Origin: a virus
DNA length: 64,000 nt
Strand: one strand, 5' to 3'
Virus record (IMG/VR): IMGVR_UViG_3300035181_001055
Coordinates: 62,754 to 126,753 of that record
The position numbers and the translations under genes are program-made. The notes under the pieces were generated by a model that worked only from the letters and a program-made list of their open reading frames with translations, was not told the origin of the DNA and searched no databases. Below, piece after piece: positions 59,031-64,000 of the stretch (position 1 is the first letter of the stretch; each line of letters starts with the position of its first letter).

Positions 59031-59965
59031 TGTTGGACGTGTTGCACTTAGCTGAACAGCAAGCCGCCGATGTTCAGATTTTCAGAGGCGCTGGCGCTAG
59101 TTCACCTGCATGGACCACATGGCAAAAGCGTCGCGGGGTGTCGATGTGTTACATAATTTGCATTGGCGGCGGCGGTGGCGGCGGCGCTGGTGTGGTTGGA
59201 GCCGCTTCAACCGCAGCAGGTGGTGGCGGCGGTGGGTCTGGTGGTCAATCCACATTGATGATCCCTGCATGTTTCTTGCCTGACACTTTATTCGTGAGCG
59301 TTGGTCAGGGTGGTCTTGGCGCGGCAGGGTCGCCGTCATATGTTTCAACTCAGCCACACACTTCTAACGCACAAAATTATGTTTTATATGCTAACGGCGG
59401 AGGCGTAGGCGGCGCAGGCTCGGGCTCAACAGCTGGTGCAGCAGGATCAGCTGCGTCTGCTGCTACAATAGCTAGTTGTCCTATAGCTGGAATGGGTGTT
59501 TATGCTTTCTTCGCTGGCCAAGCTGGAACTGCTGGAGGTTCTACAGGCGCTGGAACTTCTCTCTCATACCCCACAACAGGTCTAGTTGTTACTGGCGGAA
59601 CAGGCGGTGGTGGTCTTCCTGCTGCTTCAACTGCAGGAAGCGCAGGTGGCGCAATCACTCCCCTTTCGCAACCGACGTTTTTTGTTGGCAATCCAGGTGG
59701 AGTTGGCGGCGCCGCAAATAACTCTCCTGGCGGAAATGGATCAAACGGCGTCACCTTCTTAGATGGTTTGCTTTATGGGTGGGGAGGAACAGGCGGAGGG
59801 AGCGGAGGGCTTGGTTCGTCAGGAGCTTCTACAGCATCTGGCGGCAATGGCGGCAATGGCGGCACGGGCTCAGGCGGCGGCGGCGGAGGTGGTGGGTTTA
59901 CAGGTGCCGCGACAGCTACAGGCGGCCGCGGCGGTGACGGCCTCGTCATTATCATCTCGTGGTGA
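59030..59965 (+). CDS. Glycine-rich fibre protein
   Basis: IGGGGGGG and terminal GGRGGDGLVIIISW pattern. Confidence 0.75.
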   Translation: MLDVLHLAEQQAADVQIFRGAGASSPAWTTWQKRRGVSMCYIICIGGGGGGGAGVVGAASTAAGGGGGGSGGQSTLMIPACFLPDTLFVSVGQGGLGAAGSPSYVSTQPHTSNAQNYVLYANGGGVGGAGSGSTAGAAGSAASAATIASCPIAGMGVYAFFAGQAGTAGGSTGAGTSLSYPTTGLVVTGGTGGGGLPAASTAGSAGGAITPLSQPTFFVGNPGGVGGAANNSPGGNGSNGVTFLDGLLYGWGGTGGGSGGLGSSGASTASGGNGGNGGTGSGGGGGGGGFTGAATATGGRGGDGLVIIISW

Positions 59966-59983
59966 AATTTTCTCCAAAGAAGG

Positions 59984-60012
59984 TTGACATGCGGCAAGTT
60001 CGGTTCTATAAT
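59984..60012 (+). promoter_or_regulatory. Consensus sigma70 promoter
   Basis: TTGACA-17 nt-TATAAT. Confidence 0.9.
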
Positions 60013-60043
60013 TTGCCCATGTCTAACCTGATTGGAGATTATC

Positions 60044-60478
60044 ATGAAGAAGTTCACGCTCCCTGCTGGCAAGTACTATGTGGGTGACCCCTGCTACGTG
60101 ATCTCAGACCACGACAAGTGGATCGATTTCATCGAGAGCAGCGGGTACTTTGAAGAATCGTGCGAAGCATCTGTCGGCGATGATAAATTTTGGGCACATT
60201 CCACCGTCTACGGCGACGGGTCGTATCAGTGCAACGCAGGCAAAGAATTGCCTGTTGACTCGGGATTGATTGGCATTGTGTCACTCAGCGTCGTTGCAAA
60301 ATACTGCAGCAAGAGCTCTGATTCCATCTCAAATTTGGGCGTTATTGTTGAATTTCATGAAGATTTCGACGTGACTTTCAATTTTGATGCTGAAAATGGA
60401 GCAACACACATCTTCGGTGACGTTGTGGTCTATACTGGAAACAACCCCAACGATGAAAGCGATGAAGATGACGAGTGA
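60044..60478 (+). CDS. Hypothetical early protein
   Basis: GKYYVGDPCY and VDSGLIG motifs; GGAG RBS. Confidence 0.75.
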   Translation: MKKFTLPAGKYYVGDPCYVISDHDKWIDFIESSGYFEESCEASVGDDKFWAHSTVYGDGSYQCNAGKELPVDSGLIGIVSLSVVAKYCSKSSDSISNLGVIVEFHEDFDVTFNFDAENGATHIFGDVVVYTGNNPNDESDEDDE

Positions 60479-60504
60479 ACCCCTTCTCGATGTAGGGTTA
60501 TTGG

Positions 60505-60533
60505 TTGACATGAAGAATTTTTCCTGGTATAAT
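60505..60533 (+). promoter_or_regulatory. Consensus sigma70 promoter
   Basis: TTGACA-17 nt-TATAAT. Confidence 0.9.
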
Positions 60534-60562
60534 TTTTGAACACAACAGCAACGGAGATTATC

Positions 60563-61546
60563 ATGGCACATGAAATTACTATTCGCGCAGATGGCAAAGC
60601 TGAGATGGCCTTTACTGGCTCGCGCGATGCTATCTGGCACGGTCTAGGACAACAACTAGATGAAAATGCTTCGATTGAAACGTGGAAGGTGCAGGCTGGT
60701 TTGGATTGGGAAGTTCACGAATCGTCAGTCCTGTTCCAGTCTTTCAAAGACGGGAAAATTGTTTCCGATGTTTTCCCGAATAAGAAAGCTCTGATTCGTT
60801 CTGATACCAAGGCTCCGCTTTCCATCGTTGGAAGCGATTTCAAAATTGTTCAGCCTGGAGAAGTTCTTGAGTTCTTCCGTGATTTGGTTTCGCTTCATGG
60901 GATGAAACTCTCGACTGCGGGATCTCTTTTCGGTGGAACTCGTTTTTGGGCTTTGGCTGAAACTGGTAAGTCCGAAAATGTAGTGACAGGAGACAATGTC
61001 AAGGGTCATCTTCTGCTAACTACTGCGGTAGATGGGACTCTCGCAACGACTGCTAAATTTGTTTCAACTCGAGTGGTTTGCAACAATACTCTTACCATCG
61101 CAATGGCCGAAGGTTCAAAGAACATGGTTCGCAAAACTCATAAGAAGACTTGGGATCCAGCCTCAGTTAAGATCGATCTCGGTCTAATCGATGCGTCCTG
61201 GAATAAATTCATGGAAAATCTTCGCAAGCTGTCTAACGTCGAAATGACAGACAAGAAGGTTCGCGAGTTGTACCAAGACGAGTTCTTCAATCCTAAATTG
61301 GCTCCTGACGAGCAGGGTTGGGGTGCAGTCAAACGAGTCAACGATTTGATGAATCTGTATAGGAATGGCACTGGCTCTGAAATGACGTATGGCACTGCAT
61401 GGGGCGCTCTGAATGCGGTCACCGAGATGTTCACACACGGTTCAGGCAAACGAGATCCTTCACATCAGTTCTGGGATTCGTATTACGGAAATTCCGATAA
61501 TGTCAAATCTAACATCATGGATAAATTGCTTGACATGGTGGAATAA
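60563..61546 (+). CDS. DUF932-family phage/plasmid protein
   Basis: WHGLG, AGLDWEV, TAGSL.GG.RFW, RVVCNNTL and WGALNAVTE motifs. Confidence 0.85.
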   Translation: MAHEITIRADGKAEMAFTGSRDAIWHGLGQQLDENASIETWKVQAGLDWEVHESSVLFQSFKDGKIVSDVFPNKKALIRSDTKAPLSIVGSDFKIVQPGEVLEFFRDLVSLHGMKLSTAGSLFGGTRFWALAETGKSENVVTGDNVKGHLLLTTAVDGTLATTAKFVSTRVVCNNTLTIAMAEGSKNMVRKTHKKTWDPASVKIDLGLIDASWNKFMENLRKLSNVEMTDKKVRELYQDEFFNPKLAPDEQGWGAVKRVNDLMNLYRNGTGSEMTYGTAWGALNAVTEMFTHGSGKRDPSHQFWDSYYGNSDNVKSNIMDKLLDMVE

Positions 61547-61573
61547 GAACGTCCATTTTCTGAGAGGAGAGAA

Positions 61574-61795
61574 ATGGGATATACCCTACTAGATGCCGCA
61601 AAAGATGCCGTGACGGGTAACTTGAGCATGGCGGACGCAGACAAGCAAGAGCGACGTCTATCAATTTGTCGCGAATGCGAATATCTGGAGAAGTCTCATC
61701 TCGATAGGGCTGCGGGCACTTGTAAACAATGCGGTTGTTTCATGACAATGAAAGTGAAATTCAACAATTCAACTTGCCCGCTAGGCAAGTGGTAA
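61574..61795 (+). CDS. Small Cys-rich protein
   Basis: C-x2-C...C-x2-CGC...CPLGKW. Confidence 0.75.
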   Translation: MGYTLLDAAKDAVTGNLSMADADKQERRLSICRECEYLEKSHLDRAAGTCKQCGCFMTMKVKFNNSTCPLGKW

Positions 61796-61799
61796 AAAT

Positions 61800-61874
61800 G
61801 GGGCTATGGTGTAACTGGGAACATTGCGCTCTTGCACGGCGTAGTCGTCGGTTCGAATCCGACTAGCTCCACCA
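61800..61874 (+). tRNA. tRNA-Ala(UGC)
   Basis: Cloverleaf folded by hand; G3-U70 pair; encoded CCA. Confidence 0.92.
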
Positions 61875-61878
61875 AATT

Positions 61879-61953
61879 GCATCCTTAGCTCAGTGGTAGA
61901 GCATCTCCCTTACAAGGAGAGGGTCCGCGGCTCGATACCGTGAGGATGCACCA
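61879..61953 (+). tRNA. tRNA-Val(UAC)
   Basis: Cloverleaf; T-loop reads CUCGAUA; encoded CCA. Confidence 0.9.
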
Positions 61954-61962
61954 AAAAATCGG

Positions 61963-61991
61963 TTGACATCTTGCTCGAAGTGATATATAAT
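61963..61991 (+). promoter_or_regulatory. Consensus sigma70 promoter for the tRNA/tmRNA cluster
   Basis: TTGACA-17 nt-TATAAT. Confidence 0.9.
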
Positions 61992-62004
61992 ACAAAGACA
62001 ATGA

Positions 62005-62079
62005 GGCTCCAAAGTGTTCATGGACGCACGCATGCCTGTCACGCATGAAGAAGGGGATCGTTACCCCTTGGAGCCGCCA
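62005..62079 (+). tRNA. tRNA-Asp(GUC)
   Basis: Cloverleaf; A8 and T-loop AUCGUUA; encoded CCA. Confidence 0.88.
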
Positions 62080-62083
62080 GCAT

Positions 62084-62167
62084 GCCCTGGTGATGGAATG
62101 GTAGACATTGCGGCCTTAGAAGCCGCTGCTGAAAAGCGTGGGGGTTCGAGTCCCTCCCAGGGCACCA
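62084..62167 (+). tRNA. tRNA-Leu(UAG)
   Basis: Cloverleaf with variable arm; encoded CCA. Confidence 0.92.
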
Positions 62168-62188
62168 TTTTACAATGTAAAATTTGAA

Positions 62189-62277
62189 GGAGAGCGGGCA
62201 GGGCGGTAATGCAGCGGATTGCTAATCCGTGATCCATGAAAATGGGTCGCTGGGTTCGATTCCCAGGCTCTCCGCCA
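62189..62277 (+). tRNA. tRNA-Ser(GCU)
   Basis: Cloverleaf with long variable arm; G73; encoded CCA. Confidence 0.92.
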
Positions 62278-62293
62278 ATTTGACGAGGAGTGT

Positions 62294-62464
62294 ATGACAG
62301 CGAAAAATGATATCACTGGCGATTTGATAAAGAGCCGTTATAGCAATGAAGCGTATGCTGTTGGATATGAAAGGATTTTCGGCAATAAAAACAAAGCCGA
62401 GAACCCTGAAAGTGAAGCTGAAGAAACTAGTGAGGTGAAAGATGAAGAAAAACGCAGGTCTTGA
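62294..62464 (+). CDS. Small hypothetical protein (56 aa, absent from the ORF track)
   Basis: GAGGAG RBS; MTAKNDITGDLIKSRYSNEAYAVGYERIFG... Confidence 0.7.
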   Translation: MTAKNDITGDLIKSRYSNEAYAVGYERIFGNKNKAENPESEAEETSEVKDEEKRRS

Positions 62465-62768
62465 TAACTTCGAAGCGCGGCTCGCTAAAGCAGACGAATT
62501 TTTTAAGGAAAAGGGACTGAGAATCAAGCATGTGCGTGATATCTACGGCAGCGGCGGCATCACTGTAGTATATCGTCGTCAGAAAAAGAATTCTTTCATT
62601 GAGCTTTCGACTGCTATTTGCAGCAAGAAAGATCAGTACGATAAGAAAATCGGACGCATTCTAGCTACCGAGAGTTTCGAGAGAGGTGAAGTGATTCGAG
62701 TTCCGCTTCTTCGCGGATTCAATTCGGCGAATATGATTTCGATGATGTTCGGTAATTTGGTTTGCTAA
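62442..62768 (+). CDS. Hypothetical protein
   Basis: GAGGTG RBS; TAICSKKDQYDKKIGR motif. Confidence 0.7.
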   Translation: MKKNAGLDNFEARLAKADEFFKEKGLRIKHVRDIYGSGGITVVYRRQKKNSFIELSTAICSKKDQYDKKIGRILATESFERGEVIRVPLLRGFNSANMISMMFGNLVC

Positions 62769-62778
62769 ATATGTGAAA

Positions 62779-63041
62779 TGGCTGTAAACTCGGCTGAAGA
62801 AAGTGCGATGGACGGCGGTTCGACTCCGCCCAGCTCCACCAAAAGAATAAATGCTTAGGTAGTGTTCTTTTGAAGGGGCTGCAAAGGGTTCGACGTCGCA
62901 TCGAGTATGAAGCTTGGGCAGCTCGACAGAAAAGTCGTTAAAACTAAACCAAAGTAAACGCAAACGATGGAGTTTACGCATTGGCGGCCTAAATAACCGC
63001 CTAGGGTTTCGGTGGGTTTCCTCGTAACAGAATAACCCACC
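62779..63041 (+). ncRNA. ssrA: Two-piece (circularly permuted) tmRNA
   Basis: T-arm, acceptor 3' strand and CCA (62814-62841) precede the 5' strand GGGGCUG (62875); tag ORF at 62960-62992 encodes ANDGVYALAA*; outer ends are approximate. Confidence 0.88.
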
Positions 63042-63052
63042 ACTGATTACCA

Positions 63053-63142
63053 GGAGGTGTGGCCGAGTGGTTTAAGGCAACGGGCTTGAACCCCGTCAGA
63101 GGCGAAAGCCTCTCGTGAGTTCGAATCTCACCGCCTCCGCCA
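63053..63142 (+). tRNA. tRNA-Ser(UGA)
   Basis: Cloverleaf with long variable arm; encoded CCA. Confidence 0.93.
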
Positions 63143-63158
63143 AAATTTGTTATAATAT

Positions 63159-63232
63159 GCGGATGTAGTTCAATGGTAGAACCTTAGCCTTCCACGCTAA
63201 TGACGCGGGTTCGATTCCCGCTATCCGCTCCA
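63159..63232 (+). tRNA. tRNA-Gly(UCC)
   Basis: Cloverleaf; U73; encoded CCA. Confidence 0.93.
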
Positions 63233-63241
63233 AAAATTCAA

Positions 63242-63315
63242 GGGGGACTGATGTAATGGCAGCATAGCGATCTCCAAAATCGTTTGACGAGGTTCGAGTC
63301 CTTGGTCCCCTGCCA
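63242..63315 (+). tRNA. tRNA-Trp(CCA)
   Basis: Cloverleaf; encoded CCA. Confidence 0.9.
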
Positions 63316-63340
63316 TAATAGAGACAGAATAGGATGAATT

Positions 63341-63943
63341 ATGACAGAAAATGAGATTATTGAAATTCAGACATCTGAAAATTTTTTCATCAATATCCCA
63401 CTGAATCGTCAGCATACATTTTACCTGAGCGGCGAAATCAAATCGCCAGAAAACTATACTAAGTGGTTTCATGCCATTCGAAATGCAAGTGAAAATGATA
63501 TTGTGATGATTCACATCAATAGTTCAGGCGGCGATGCCTCGACTGCAATTCAATTCATGCGCGTTATGACCGAGACGCCTGCGACTGTTGTTGCTAGTGT
63601 AGAAGGGAATTGCATGAGCGCCGCAACTATGGTGTTTCTTGCTGCCGATTCTTATCAAATCAGCGAACATTCTTGCTTTATGTTCCACAACTATAGTGGA
63701 ATGAGCATGGGCAAGGGTGGAGAGATGTATGACAATATCGTTTTCGAGAGAAAGTGGAGCGAGAAAATGTTGAAGAGCATCTACAAAGATTTCTTGACAG
63801 AGAAAGAAATTAACGATATACTCAACAATCGCGATATTTGGTTGGATAGCGACGAAGTTATTAAGCGCCTTGAGCGTCGAGCTAAGAAAATGGCGAAGAA
63901 AGGTGCTGCGAATAAGGAGAAAATTGATGAGCGTGGAAATTGA
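63341..63943 (+). CDS. clpP: ClpP-like serine protease
   Basis: HINSSGG, CMSAA (catalytic Ser), FMFH (His) and RDIWL (Asp) motifs. Confidence 0.88.
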   Translation: MTENEIIEIQTSENFFINIPLNRQHTFYLSGEIKSPENYTKWFHAIRNASENDIVMIHINSSGGDASTAIQFMRVMTETPATVVASVEGNCMSAATMVFLAADSYQISEHSCFMFHNYSGMSMGKGGEMYDNIVFERKWSEKMLKSIYKDFLTEKEINDILNNRDIWLDSDEVIKRLERRAKKMAKKGAANKEKIDERGN

Positions 63944-64000
63944 ATCTGTTTATAATTTTACTGCGAAAGTGATAAATGTTGTTGATGGCGATACGATCGA
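63927..64000 (+). CDS. Thermonuclease (SNase)-like protein, 3'-truncated
   Basis: AAGGAG RBS; ...AKVINVVDGDTI. Confidence 0.65.
   Translation, partial: MSVEIESVYNFTAKVINVVDGDTI

Noticed and set aside
61530-61560. TTGACA at the end of the DUF932 gene as a promoter
   Set aside because: No acceptable -10 hexamer at 16-18 nt spacing
62811-62841. Apparent extra tRNA-Ala or tRNA fragment
   Set aside because: No upstream D-arm or anticodon arm; explained as the acceptor piece of the permuted tmRNA

Overview
This window is a 64 kb segment of a large T4-like myovirus (T4 superfamily, outside the Tevenvirinae core) with a Gram-negative host. It contains head and tail morphogenesis genes (gp17-gp23, gp3, gp26, gp51, a gp29/tape-measure-like gene). 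It also contains the T4-type replication, recombination and late-transcription set (UvsW/X/Y, gp55, gp33, gp47/46, gp45/44/62, RegA, a split gp43, gp41, gp61, gp59, gp32, RNase H). Other content: a 7-deazaguanine cluster (folE, queC, stand-alone class II glutamine amidotransferase, queF, TGT/DpdA-like, queE), scattered lysis genes, tail-fibre genes, eight tRNAs and a ClpP-like gene. Both T4 late promoters (TATAAATA) and consensus sigma70 promoters are visible. The strongest unusual signals are: (1) a circularly permuted, two-piece tmRNA gene (tag ANDGVYALAA) close to clpP; (2) a deazaguanine cluster pairing QueF with a free-standing GATase, plus a TGT-like enzyme ending in a clamp-binding-like peptide; (3) a late-expressed three-gene nucleotidyl-transfer module and a 1327-aa PARP-type ADP-ribosyltransferase that share an F-x-x-F/W-L-x-E motif, suggesting capsid-packaged cargo; (4) GC-rich tracts directly upstream of internal sigma70 promoters. 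All family assignments come from reading motifs by eye, and no database search was run.
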